Numbered from the stretch's first letter, positions 37,603-46,699 are shown. The stretch: DNA of 54,410 nt from Candidatus Peregrinibacteria bacterium CG10_big_fil_rev_8_21_14_0_10_49_10 (GCA_002772545.1 PFDR01000015.1:1-54410), one strand, 5' to 3'. Numbers and translations: made by a program. The notes: a model not told the origin generated them from the letters alone.

Positions 37603-38829
37603 ATGTTCCTCCGCGATACCTTCAAAGCAGCTCACAGAGCCATAGCCGTAAACAAAGGTCGGTCGGCGCTCACCATGCTCGGAGTCATCATTGGTGTGAG
37701 TTCTGTTGTCCTTATGACTGCCGTAGGAGCAAGTATGGAAGGTCTGATACTCGGCCAAATTAGTTCGCTTGGCAGCAAGAGCATGGTCATTATGCCCGGA
37801 CAGCAGGAAGGCCCCGGCGGGTCCATAACTCCCGGATTTGATTCTCTGACTTTTGAAGACATTCGTGCACTGGAAACTTTGACCACAGCCCACAGCTTTG
37901 CGCCGATTGTACTCATAGAAGGTACGGCTACATACGGACGTGAGGAGACCTCACCCATGACACTCGGCACGGTTCCGCATTTCTTCCAGAATCAGCATGT
38001 TTCTGCGGCACAGGGGAGACTTCTGGAAGATGCAGATATGTCGGCTGCGCGCTCCGTAGTGGTTTTGGGCGCTGACGCAGCCGAAGACCTTTTTGCAAAC
38101 GCAGATCCTCTGGGCAAGAAGATTAAAGTTGCTGACCGTTCCTATACCGTTATTGGCGTTCTAAACCCTGTAGGAACCCAATTTTTTCAGAATTTTGATG
38201 AACGTATCTTTGTGCCGCTGCCTGTCGCCCGCAGCGTGACCGGCAAGCGGTATGTGAGTTTTGTGACCTTTCAGGCGGTGGATGATATCGATCTTGCTGA
38301 GCGGGATGTTACATCGTTGCTGCGTCAGCGACATGGCATCGTGAATCCCGAAGATGACCAGGACAAAGATGATTTCATTGTGCACACTTCTGAGCAGGCC
38401 AATGAAATTCTCGGTACGGTTTCTCTGAGTCTTACACTCTTCATTACCACGATAGCGGGCATTTCTCTGCTCGTTGGTGGTATAGGCATCATGAACATCA
38501 TGCTCGTAGCCGTAACAGAGCGGACGCGTGAAATTGGACTGCGCAAGGCCGTGGGTGCCCGGCGCAGGGATATTCTTCTCCAATTTTTGTTTGAGGCAGT
38601 CATGATTACCCTCATTGCAGGAATGATTGGTGTACTCCTGGGAATACTGCTGGCCTTTCTCATAGCGGCTGGGGTACAGAAATACATGAGCAGTTACGTG
38701 TTTGCCCTTTCGGTTCCCTCCATTCTTGTCGCTTTGGCTATGGCCGTTCTCACCGGTCTGATTTTCGGGCTCTATCCTGCACGTCAGGCTTCCCGGCTTT
38801 CTCCTATGAATGCGCTTCGCTATGAATAA
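37603..38829 (+). CDS. MacB-type ABC permease (MacB periplasmic core domain plus FtsX domain), copy 1
   Basis: The N-terminus reads RSALTMLGVIIGVSSVV. A ~220-aa extracytoplasmic domain follows. The FtsX C-terminus reads GGIGIMNIMLVAVTERTREIGLRKAVGARRRDILLQFLFEA. Confidence 0.9.
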   Translation: MFLRDTFKAAHRAIAVNKGRSALTMLGVIIGVSSVVLMTAVGASMEGLILGQISSLGSKSMVIMPGQQEGPGGSITPGFDSLTFEDIRALETLTTAHSFAPIVLIEGTATYGREETSPMTLGTVPHFFQNQHVSAAQGRLLEDADMSAARSVVVLGADAAEDLFANADPLGKKIKVADRSYTVIGVLNPVGTQFFQNFDERIFVPLPVARSVTGKRYVSFVTFQAVDDIDLAERDVTSLLRQRHGIVNPEDDQDKDDFIVHTSEQANEILGTVSLSLTLFITTIAGISLLVGGIGIMNIMLVAVTERTREIGLRKAVGARRRDILLQFLFEAVMITLIAGMIGVLLGILLAFLIAAGVQKYMSSYVFALSVPSILVALAMAVLTGLIFGLYPARQASRLSPMNALRYE

Positions 38830-39000
38830 CTTCTTTTTCCTATGTCGGTACGGTCTATTGAAAGAACAAGTGTTACTGATTACTGCTTACTTCTTGTTTG
38901 CTATCTGTGAGTTACGATATGGCCAAAAAACAAGAATCAACAAGCAACACGTAACGAAAGATATCAATTCAATTACTTCAATGGACTTTCTTTATCTCCT

Positions 39001-40215
39001 ATGTTGCTAAACGACACCATTGGTTCGGCTGCTTCCGCACTCAGGGCGCACAAGATGCGTTCGGCGCTCACCATGCTCGGAGTCATCATTGGTGTGGGTT
39101 CTGTGGTGCTTATGGTTTCGGTGGGGAAAAGTTTTCAGCGCTATATTTTGGACCAAATAGCCTCCTTTAGTAGCAATCTGGTAGAGGTGTATCCCACGGG
39201 TTTTGAGAAGTTCGGCGGCTCCACCGATTCCCTCACCGAAGACGATTTTCGTGCAGTTGAGAAACTCACGACCGTGCAGACTGTGGCACCCGTTATTTTT
39301 ATTACCGAAAAAACCACCTACGGCAGTGAAGAACTTTCGCCGTGGGTCTTTGGCACTACAAAAAATTTCTTTGCGAACTACGGACTCAAGCTGCAAGCCG
39401 GCAGATTGCTGGATGACCGGGATAACAGCGCTGCATCTTCCGTTGCTGTTATCAGCTCGCAAACAGCCGAAGATCTCTTTGGGAATAGAGATCCCCTGGG
39501 TCAGAGGATTCAGGTAGGTAAAAAGTTCTACACGGTAGTGGGAGTACTCCAGAGCATAGGGTCCCCCGTCCTGCAGGATATGGATACTCCCGTCTATGTG
39601 CCATACTCCACAGCCAGAGCCGTGACCGGCCAGAAATATCTCAGTTATATGACACTGCGTGCGGTAGGAGACTACGAACTTACGGTTGCAGACATTACGT
39701 CGCTTCTGCGGCAGAGACACAGCATCCACAATCCTGAAAATGATAAAGATAAAGATGACTTTGTGGCACGCTCCGCAGAGCAGGCCACGGAAATAGTGGG
39801 ACAGGTCACACTGGGTCTTACTGCCTTTATGGGTTTGATTGCAGGCATCTCTCTGCTTGTTGGCGGCATTGGCATCATGAATATTATGCTCGTTTCGGTA
39901 ACCGAGCGGACAAAGGAGATAGGACTCCGTAAGGCTGTGGGTGCCCGGCGCAGCGATATTCTACGGCAGTTCCTTTTTGAGGCGGTCTTTCTCACATCTC
40001 TGGGAGGAGTAATTGGTATTCTCCTTGGCACAGCATTAGGGCTTTTTCTGTCTGCTGTTGCAGCAAAGTTGCTCGGCTCCTTTACATTTGTTCTCTCGGT
40101 AAAAGCCCTGTTTGCTGCCATGATGATGGCCATGGGAACAGGTCTTGTTTTCGGTTTGTATCCGGCAAAAAAAGCAGCGAGCTTAAGTCCTATGGAGGCG
40201 ATACGATGGGATTGA
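39001..40215 (+). CDS. MacB-type ABC permease, copy 2 (tandem paralogue)
   Basis: It has the same architecture as copy 1. It shares a 36-nt identical stretch with copy 1 (tcggcgctcaccatgctcggagtcatcattggtgtg). Confidence 0.9.
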   Translation: MLLNDTIGSAASALRAHKMRSALTMLGVIIGVGSVVLMVSVGKSFQRYILDQIASFSSNLVEVYPTGFEKFGGSTDSLTEDDFRAVEKLTTVQTVAPVIFITEKTTYGSEELSPWVFGTTKNFFANYGLKLQAGRLLDDRDNSAASSVAVISSQTAEDLFGNRDPLGQRIQVGKKFYTVVGVLQSIGSPVLQDMDTPVYVPYSTARAVTGQKYLSYMTLRAVGDYELTVADITSLLRQRHSIHNPENDKDKDDFVARSAEQATEIVGQVTLGLTAFMGLIAGISLLVGGIGIMNIMLVSVTERTKEIGLRKAVGARRSDILRQFLFEAVFLTSLGGVIGILLGTALGLFLSAVAAKLLGSFTFVLSVKALFAAMMMAMGTGLVFGLYPAKKAASLSPMEAIRWD

Positions 40216-40328
40216 CCTCACCCCCTACCCCCTCTCCTCCACTTCCATGTGGGGTTGGGAAAAGAAAAACATGTGGTCGTATTTTTCCAAATAACTGCCC
40301 TCCAGGAGAGGGGGTAGGGAGTGAGATC
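40214..40328. mobile_element. MITE-like palindromic repeat element, copy 1 (115 bp)
   Basis: The terminal inverted repeats are gacctcaccccctaccccctctcc and ggagagggggtagggagtgagatc (22/24 complementary). It is homologous along its length to the reverse complement of 47066-47197. It exactly fills the gap between two convergent stop codons. Confidence 0.65.
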
Positions 40329-41220
40329 ACACAAACTTCAACCCTGCAATTGCTCCCACTATGAGTACCATGGCAAGCCACTGCCATCGCGTAAGCTTTT
40401 CGTGGTACCACCTCCAGGCGAGCAGTGCGGAAATCATAATGCTGCCGCTCGCAATGGCATTTACAATAGAAACAGGGCCCATACTCAGTGCCAGCGCATA
40501 GCATCCGGTTCCAATGATAGTCGGGGAAGATGCAGCGGCAATCCTGAGCAGAGTTTTCCTCTCTATGCGTTGCAGCCCTTTCTTTAGGAGCAAAGAGCGC
40601 AAAAGAATTATCACCAGTGAACCAATGCCTATACCCCCCTCCCAAAAGTAGCCGCTTGTCAGTGGATCTGCCAGACGGCTGATGTCAATAAGCGTGATAT
40701 TCGTGACGATAAGTGGCACGGCTGCAACCAGGGAAAACACAATGCCAAGCACCATCTTTCTGTTCAGAGGTGCATTGCCCATGCGCATCATGCTGAGCCA
40801 GATGCATGTACCCACAATGACTCCTATAAGTGCTATGGCAAGCGGTGGAAGTGCCTCTGCGTAAAGCAGAACACCCACGACCGTCATGAGGATGGTAATG
40901 CTCGCCTGCTTCATGGTGAGAGCCACACCAACCGCTATGTACCGGTATGCCGTAAATGAAAAAGCAAGAAACACTCCGCCCGTTATTCCGGAAAGCAGCA
41001 GGCGCGGCCAGTAAGAGAGCACCAGAGCAATCTCTTCCCGTGAGGAAAAAAGCAGCAGTGGCAGGAGTGTGACGAGGAAAGAAATGTTCCTGTAAAACGC
41101 CAGGCTCAGTCCGTCTATCTTCCGCGCATAGCGGACCAGTAACGCGCTTTGCAGCGCGTACGCAAGCATGGAGGTGAGGGCGAAAAAGTAGAACACGGAT
41201 GCATGGTAGAGGATATCCAT
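40327..41220 (-). CDS. DMT-superfamily (EamA-like) transporter
   Basis: 297 aa and ~10 TM helices in two EamA-like halves. Confidence 0.78.
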   Translation of the reverse strand: MDILYHASVFYFFALTSMLAYALQSALLVRYARKIDGLSLAFYRNISFLVTLLPLLLFSSREEIALVLSYWPRLLLSGITGGVFLAFSFTAYRYIAVGVALTMKQASITILMTVVGVLLYAEALPPLAIALIGVIVGTCIWLSMMRMGNAPLNRKMVLGIVFSLVAAVPLIVTNITLIDISRLADPLTSGYFWEGGIGIGSLVIILLRSLLLKKGLQRIERKTLLRIAAASSPTIIGTGCYALALSMGPVSIVNAIASGSIMISALLAWRWYHEKLTRWQWLAMVLIVGAIAGLKFV

Positions 41221-41237
41221 TGCGTTCGTTACTCGTT

Positions 41238-42167
41238 CTATCCTCCTATATTTGTTGCGCTATTTACTATCAGCAGACCCAAGCCCACAAGCATCAACGT
41301 AAAACTTACCAACTTCACCTGCACGGACTGCCGTGTGAGAAGTTCCTTAGGAACGTGCGTGCTTCTTGATTTGGAAAGCAGCCACACGAAGAGTATGACA
41401 AAGAAGGGCTGTACGTTTCCTGCTATGGCCACCAAAGAAAGCGGTCCGATTTCAAAGGCCTTCATCACGGTATAACATCCGATAAACGATATGATGGTGT
41501 CGCCAAGCAGCAATCCATAGAATGCCGGTGGAGCGGTGTGTACCAGACTGCGTATACGTTTGCGGCTGCTGCTTTGCAGAAGTGGAAAAACTATAGCTAT
41601 GCAGCTTGTACTCAGGATCGACCAAAAAAACGTTTGAGAGTGGCTGACTCCCAGAGTCAGACTGAGTTTTATGCCAAACTCGCCCGGAGCACCGAGGAGG
41701 GCAATGAGGGTGAGGACTCCGACTGTTTTCGGTACGGAACGGTAACGGTGCCAGTGGGCCAGACAGAAGACTGCTGCAATAATGAGCACCGCACCTGCTG
41801 TTTGCACGGGAGTCCACGACTCAGCCAGAAACAGAAATCCCAGTATACTCAGGAAGACGGACTCTATGGCCCAGGTGCTCTGTGCTACAGAGGTATCGAT
41901 GTGTTCCAGTACGGAGAGATACACAAGGGCTGGCAGGTACATGGCCACTCCGGAGAGGAACGGGAGCCACCAGAGCTTTGTATGGAGTGATGTAAAGAGA
42001 GGGAAACTTATGAGCAAGAGCAGAGTGAACACACGCAAACACCACAGCAATACCAGAGGGTGTTTTTCATACCGGTTTACAAGAATCGAGTCCAGAATAT
42101 TAACGCAGGACCAGCAAGCGGCCGAAAAAATGCTAAAAAAGAGCCACACAGTAAGCGAGTATTCCAT
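41238..42167 (-). CDS. DMT-superfamily (EamA-like) membrane protein, second copy
   Basis: 309 aa and ~10 TM helices. It sits 17 nt upstream of the previous DMT gene on the same strand. Confidence 0.68.
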   Translation of the reverse strand: MEYSLTVWLFFSIFSAACWSCVNILDSILVNRYEKHPLVLLWCLRVFTLLLLISFPLFTSLHTKLWWLPFLSGVAMYLPALVYLSVLEHIDTSVAQSTWAIESVFLSILGFLFLAESWTPVQTAGAVLIIAAVFCLAHWHRYRSVPKTVGVLTLIALLGAPGEFGIKLSLTLGVSHSQTFFWSILSTSCIAIVFPLLQSSSRKRIRSLVHTAPPAFYGLLLGDTIISFIGCYTVMKAFEIGPLSLVAIAGNVQPFFVILFVWLLSKSRSTHVPKELLTRQSVQVKLVSFTLMLVGLGLLIVNSATNIGG

Positions 42168-42211
42168 ACAAGTATCCTAAAAGACACCTGTGGCATTTTC
42201 TTTTTTATCAA

Positions 42212-43519
42212 CTAGAGGTACCCCCACGCACGCAATTTGTCGCTGTCTGTAACCCATCGGTCTCCTATATCAGTACGGTAGTACATGTTGGAAATGAGAA
42301 TGTTGCCTATACGGCCGTACATCTGTTTTTGTGCGTCACTCATAGTGCTTCCTGAACCGGAAATAATGAGTGCTGTTCCTTCTTCTCCGGTTATGAGCCA
42401 CTCACCGTTCTCCTCCTTTAAGTCGCCAATGTGCACTCCCTCCCGTGAAGCATTCCTAAAAACCACTATGGCATCCTCCGAAAACGATGCAAAAGTCTTA
42501 GGGTCGTGAAACGGAAAGGGCGGTACCACAACAAGTGCACACACCTGATAGCCGCGCTTTGCACGTACGGCGAAGTCTTCCCCGGAAGCAAGCTTGTACA
42601 AAAAGTTCCCCATGGGCTCCAGCAATCCCTCCTGTTGCAGTTGAATGGCCGGGTACCCAAAGCGGCATGTAAACTCCAGAGGATACATTCCGTTCCCATT
42701 TACCATACTGTTTATATCTATCGGTCCCACATACCCCTGCTCTGCCAGTGTTACTTCAAACGGACGAAGCAATGACTCAAAAATAGGGCTACGGGGCGAC
42801 CAGAATGCACTGGTTCCCATTTCTCCGGTGGAAACACCCAGTTCACCGGGAAAAAGTTTTTTGTGTTCAAAATTCACATAAACCTGGTCTAAGAATTTTT
42901 TGCCGTTAAAAAACCCGGTCACGGCTACCTCAACGCCCTTTACACGTTTTTGTAACTGGAAGACATTGATGTCGTCGCTCCATGTTTTTTCGTAGGCTTT
43001 CAGCACCCGTATCACATCGCTTCCATCTTCTTCGGAACCTACAAACAAAAGTTGTTTAAGGTTCTGTGCATCTCCGGAAGGCTTGAGTACATACCGCCCG
43101 GGGTTGGTCTGCACAAATTCTATGCCGTCCTGAAACGAATGGAATTCCCAGTAGGGGAGTATGCGCACTTTGTGACGTTTGAGCTCGTCCTGACCAAAGG
43201 AACGCTCATGCTCCAAGCGGTCTGTGTACGGTGTGCCGCCTACAACCAGTTTGCCTCTCTCGCGCAGTTCCTGTGCTATGAGTCCCGATCCAATATGATC
43301 AAAGACCACCACATCTGCCCATTCCACGTGTGATTGCCAGTCATCCACACGTTCTACAAAACCTTTGCCCACTTCCGCACACTGCTCTGCTTCCAGATAC
43401 AAACGCACGTTATGTCCTTCCTTCGCTACCGTCCATGCAAGGTCCGTGGTCGTACCGTCGTACGACACGAAGAGAAACGTATGTTTCTCGCCGGCAACTG
43501 CAGAAGTTTCACTTCCCAA
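42212..43519 (-). CDS. PurD-like (phosphoribosylamine--glycine ligase family) ATP-grasp enzyme with a divergent N-terminus
   Basis: The ATP-grasp core reads GRYVLKPSGDAQ...LLFVG...FQLQKRVKGVEVAVTGFFNG..F......NFEHKKLFPGELGVSTGEMGT and YVGPIDINSMV....YPLEFTCRFGYP, as in GARS. The canonical N-terminal GSGGREHA motif is replaced by VSYDGTTTDLA. The start codon is TTG. Confidence 0.72.
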   Translation of the reverse strand: MGSETSAVAGEKHTFLFVSYDGTTTDLAWTVAKEGHNVRLYLEAEQCAEVGKGFVERVDDWQSHVEWADVVVFDHIGSGLIAQELRERGKLVVGGTPYTDRLEHERSFGQDELKRHKVRILPYWEFHSFQDGIEFVQTNPGRYVLKPSGDAQNLKQLLFVGSEEDGSDVIRVLKAYEKTWSDDINVFQLQKRVKGVEVAVTGFFNGKKFLDQVYVNFEHKKLFPGELGVSTGEMGTSAFWSPRSPIFESLLRPFEVTLAEQGYVGPIDINSMVNGNGMYPLEFTCRFGYPAIQLQQEGLLEPMGNFLYKLASGEDFAVRAKRGYQVCALVVVPPFPFHDPKTFASFSEDAIVVFRNASREGVHIGDLKEENGEWLITGEEGTALIISGSGSTMSDAQKQMYGRIGNILISNMYYRTDIGDRWVTDSDKLRAWGYL

Positions 43520-43814
43520 TAGGCCGAAAAACTAGCAGTATTTTCACAAAATGCAAGAAAGGTTTTGGTGTAATTCTCGTAGAAAGGATATGTGCGTGTT
43601 GTACCTTTGTACTAACGGCAGTTCTATTTTTTACCTTCCCCTGTAAAATTCCTCTCTGCAGTGAAGAAGTCGAGAAGCTACGTTGCAACAATGCCTCTCA
43701 AGCACGTAGTATAGCTGCATGTGGGTCTGCCCACCTTCGTCCGCCTCTGGTGGACTACGGCGGCCGAGTCACTCTGCTACTATTCATTCTATTACATCAC
43801 TGTTTACTATTCGT

Positions 43815-43899
43815 GGGTCGGTACCGAAGTGGCCAAACGGACCTGGCTGTAAACCAGGTGTCTCTGACTTCGGGGGTTCGAATCCCTCCCGGCCCACCA
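43815..43899 (+). tRNA. tRNA-Tyr (anticodon GTA), class II with a long variable arm and encoded CCA
   Basis: Hand-folded. The acceptor stem is GGGTCGG/CCGGCCC (one G-U pair) and the D stem has 3 bp. The anticodon arm is CCTGG-CTGTAAA-CCAGG. The variable region is 13 nt. The T arm is GGGGG-TTCGAAT-CCCTC, and the discriminator is A. Confidence 0.88.
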
Positions 43900-44027
43900 G
43901 AATTCTTGAACAGAATCAATCATTTGAGAATTCATAAGCAGTATCCGAGGCGTCCATAGCTCCGAAGGAGCGAAGGATGCCCGGCCCATCACACTTCAGA
44001 ATTGCCTCTATAAAGCCGTTTCTGTGC

Positions 44028-44055
44028 TTGACAAAAATTAATATAAATCTACAAT
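44028..44055 (+). promoter_or_regulatory. Promoter: TTGACA, 16-nt spacer, TACAAT, ending 6 nt before the ATG at 44062 (leaderless configuration)
   Basis: The -35 element at 44028-44033 is a perfect hexamer. The -10 element is at 44050-44055. Confidence 0.5.
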
Positions 44056-44061
44056 AGCATC

Positions 44062-44364
44062 ATGACTACACTCCAACTTTCAAACGAAAAAGAGCTTGGT
44101 GTAAATAGATTGGCCAATAAGCCTCTTGCTTACGAGTCTGAGCGCATCATACAGGCTTTGCGTGAGAGAATTTCCGGAATTACAGGCCTTACTGAGCTTG
44201 CGAGTACTATTGATGCTGCAAAGGCTGAGGTAGCTGCACTGTACGGCAATGCCATGTATCGTACAGAGACTGAGCAATTGCCGGTTGTGATTGCTGCTAT
44301 AGATGAGCTCCATGGCAAGGCATCCGTACAAATACAGAGAGGGGGCAACGGTGCAACGATCTAG
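44062..44364 (+). CDS. Hypothetical small helical protein (100 aa)
   Basis: The ORF is preceded by a strong promoter-like element. The overlapping antisense ORFs have Ser/Cys/Thr-biased, junk-like composition. Confidence 0.5.
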   Translation: MTTLQLSNEKELGVNRLANKPLAYESERIIQALRERISGITGLTELASTIDAAKAEVAALYGNAMYRTETEQLPVVIAAIDELHGKASVQIQRGGNGATI

Positions 44365-44424
44365 AATTGCATTACTGCAGTCTTGTGCTCTTCCTTTGAA
44401 CCCTGATTTTTATTTGCAGTACTA

Positions 44425-44739
44425 TTGCACTCTACCCCGCCACTTTCTATGTCAGTACAGAGCACGGATGTAATGGAACCGGAACAATTGGAGGATTCAG
44501 TCGTACAGGCCGGTAACGTAGCAACTCTATTAGAGGCATTGGAGCTCCATCTGTTGCAGGTAGAAAAAGGGGATGTGGTTGTTTCTCTTCTTACGGAGGT
44601 AGATGAGCAACTTGCGGCAGCTCTTTCTTCTGTGAGCAATTCAGATGAAAGAAGAAGGCAGGAACACAGGGCAGGCATCATTGCTACGAGAATGTGCACA
44701 GAAAGATTTAATCAAATCCGCGAAAGGAGGAGTCCCTAA
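44425..44739 (+). CDS. Hypothetical small acidic protein (about 96-104 aa)
   Basis: The ORF follows 44062-44364 on the same strand. The ATG at 44449 is a more likely start than the TTG at 44425. No family was recognised. Confidence 0.4.
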   Translation: MHSTPPLSMSVQSTDVMEPEQLEDSVVQAGNVATLLEALELHLLQVEKGDVVVSLLTEVDEQLAAALSSVSNSDERRRQEHRAGIIATRMCTERFNQIRERRSP

Positions 44740-44760
44740 TCTCTAATTTCTAGTCCCTAG

Positions 44761-45033
44761 CTATGCTTTTTTCCAGCAGCAAGCCTCTTTGCAGCTCTTA
44801 CAGTACTGCTCTCCGTTTTCGTGTGCTTTGCCACTTACGCACTGAGCAGAACAACAGTCGGAGCGGATGTGTGACTGGAGTTGGTTGGAAAGCTTTCGCC
44901 GTTCGTCCAGAGAGAGGTGTTTATCGCAGTACTGTTTCCCTTTTGTCGCCTTACCACAGCCTTTCACCGTACAGAATTCGTGCTTTTTTTGAATGGGAGA
45001 GGGGGGAAAGCAACAGGAAGCTTCTGAATTCAC
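44761..45033 (-). CDS. Cysteine-rich small protein (14 Cys in 90 aa), putative zinc-binding
   Basis: The N-terminal segment reads FCTVKGCGKATKGKQYCDKH (C-x4-C-x9-C-x2-H). The C-terminal segment reads CCSAQCVSGKAHENGEQYCKSCKEACC. Confidence 0.5.
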   Translation of the reverse strand: MNSEASCCFPPSPIQKKHEFCTVKGCGKATKGKQYCDKHLSLDERRKLSNQLQSHIRSDCCSAQCVSGKAHENGEQYCKSCKEACCWKKA

Positions 45034-45341
45034 TATAGGCTATTTGGCGCAAATATCCTAGGAGAATCGGGAGTTTATTTTTACCCGTGTACCAGAACGC
45101 CCGACTGTAAGGTCGGGAATGAATGGTGCATTGGTTCCTCCTTAATTTATAGAGCGTTCGGTACAGGGTTTCGCGCTGCAGAGCAGCGAAGTGAGGAAGA
45201 TGCCATGCCCGTAAGGGCGTGGAGCTTCACAGAAGGTTTTGAGTATGGAGATGCCAAAAAGGTCAACTGCGTGCAATGATCCTTTGTACAAACTCAGAGA
45301 TCTCCTCGTTTTTCGCAGGAGAAAGCGTAGTATGCAGATGC

Positions 45342-46631
45342 ATGCATAACAGTCCCATACCGTCTCCACAGTCTCCGGGTTTCCGGGAGCTTGGCGTGGA
45401 CGCAAAATTTCTCAGCATTCTGGAGAACAAAAAAATCCTCAAGCCGACGCCTATACAGCATCAGGCCATTCCGCCGGCGCTGGAAGGCAAAGACCTTATA
45501 GGCATAGCGCAGACCGGAACCGGTAAGACCTTTGCATTCGGTCTCCCTATGCTCCAGAGACTTTCTGCCGGAAAGAAGAGGGGACTCATTATTCTCCCCA
45601 CGCGGGAACTGGCGTACCAGGTAGAAGACGCACTCCGTCCATTTGCCATGACATGCGGCATTCGTATGGCAGTATTTGTGGGAGGTGCTTCCATGCACTT
45701 GCAGCGCAAGATGCTGAGGGATAATCCCCGCATTATTGTGGCTACGCCCGGGAGGCTGAATGACCACCTGGAAAAGAGAACCGTCACACTGCGGGAAGTG
45801 GAGGTACTTGTTTTAGACGAAGCAGACCGCATGTTGGATATGGGATTCAAACCGCAAATTGACCGTATTCTTTCGCATGTTCCCCGGGAGCGCCAGACAC
45901 TGCTCTTTTCGGCAACCATGCCGCAGAACATTGTGCAGCTGGCTACCGCACAAATGCATTTGCCGTTGCGCATAGAAGTTGCACCAGCAGGTACAGCAGC
46001 TTCGAAGGTGGAGCAGGAAGTGATCATAGTGCGGCAGCAGGAAAAGGGCGTTCTACTTCAGTCACTCCTCAAAGATTACACAGGCCAGGTGCTTGTGTTT
46101 TCCCGTACAAAACACGGAGCAAAAAAGATTACACGCACCTTAAACGAGGGGCATTTTAAGGCCGCAGAAATTCATGCCAACCGTTCTCTGAGTCAGAGGC
46201 GTGCGGCTCTGGAAGGCTTTAAGCGAGGCAACCATCGTGTGTTGGTTGCCACAGATATTGCCTCACGGGGTATAGACGTTACAGGTATAGAGCTTGTGGT
46301 AAATTATGATCTTCCCGATGATCCTTCGGACTATGTGCACCGCATAGGGAGAACCGGACGCGCAGAGCGCGAAGGTCGCGCTATTTCCTTTGCTACGCCC
46401 ACACAGGCACGCAATATCCGTGATATAGAAAAGCTCATCCGCGGACCACTCAAGAGGAGGCAGCATGCATCCCTTCCCCCCGTGCACATGGAAGAGGCCA
46501 CAACTGGCGGAGGCGGAGGCGGTGGAGGAAGATATCGTACAAAGCGTAGTGGTTCCCGGCGACCGCAGCGTGGTGGTGCGCAGGGTAACAGGTATCGTGG
46601 TGGTGGCGGGCGCAACCGCAGGAGGGGTTAA
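45342..46631 (+). CDS. DEAD-box ATP-dependent RNA helicase with a C-terminal Arg/Gly-rich tail
   Basis: The Q motif is F.ELG......PTPIQ. Other motifs are AQTGTGKT, PTRELA, DEAD (VLDEADRM), SAT, and RGID/HRIGRTGR. The tail reads GGGGGGGRYRTKRSGSRRPQRGGAQGNRYRGGGGRNRRRG. The ATG at 45342 is preceded by TAGTAT 8 nt upstream. Confidence 0.93.
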   Translation: MHNSPIPSPQSPGFRELGVDAKFLSILENKKILKPTPIQHQAIPPALEGKDLIGIAQTGTGKTFAFGLPMLQRLSAGKKRGLIILPTRELAYQVEDALRPFAMTCGIRMAVFVGGASMHLQRKMLRDNPRIIVATPGRLNDHLEKRTVTLREVEVLVLDEADRMLDMGFKPQIDRILSHVPRERQTLLFSATMPQNIVQLATAQMHLPLRIEVAPAGTAASKVEQEVIIVRQQEKGVLLQSLLKDYTGQVLVFSRTKHGAKKITRTLNEGHFKAAEIHANRSLSQRRAALEGFKRGNHRVLVATDIASRGIDVTGIELVVNYDLPDDPSDYVHRIGRTGRAEREGRAISFATPTQARNIRDIEKLIRGPLKRRQHASLPPVHMEEATTGGGGGGGGRYRTKRSGSRRPQRGGAQGNRYRGGGGRNRRRG

Positions 46632-46699
46632 CACATATTTGTGTACAGTTTGTCTTTGTTTGGTGGGCATTCTCTGCTCTGGCTCAAACGCCAGAGAAG

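Noticed and set aside
43807-43992. 61-aa minus-strand ORF and the overlapping plus-strand ORFs 43330-43959 and 43719-43937
   Set aside because: They run through tRNA-Tyr or antisense to the PurD-like gene. The WAGRDSNPRS peptide is tRNA antisense translation.
44361-44699. 112-aa minus-strand ORF overlapping the two small plus-strand genes
   Set aside because: Its Ser/Thr/Cys-rich composition is typical of antisense frames. It has no promoter or RBS signal, whereas the plus-strand genes follow a near-consensus promoter.
45180-45225. RNase P RNA (sequence gaggaagatgcc resembles the conserved GAGGAAAGUCC motif)
   Set aside because: The match is partial. The available non-coding space (~300 nt) lacks the other universally conserved P4 and J-region elements that I can recognise by eye.
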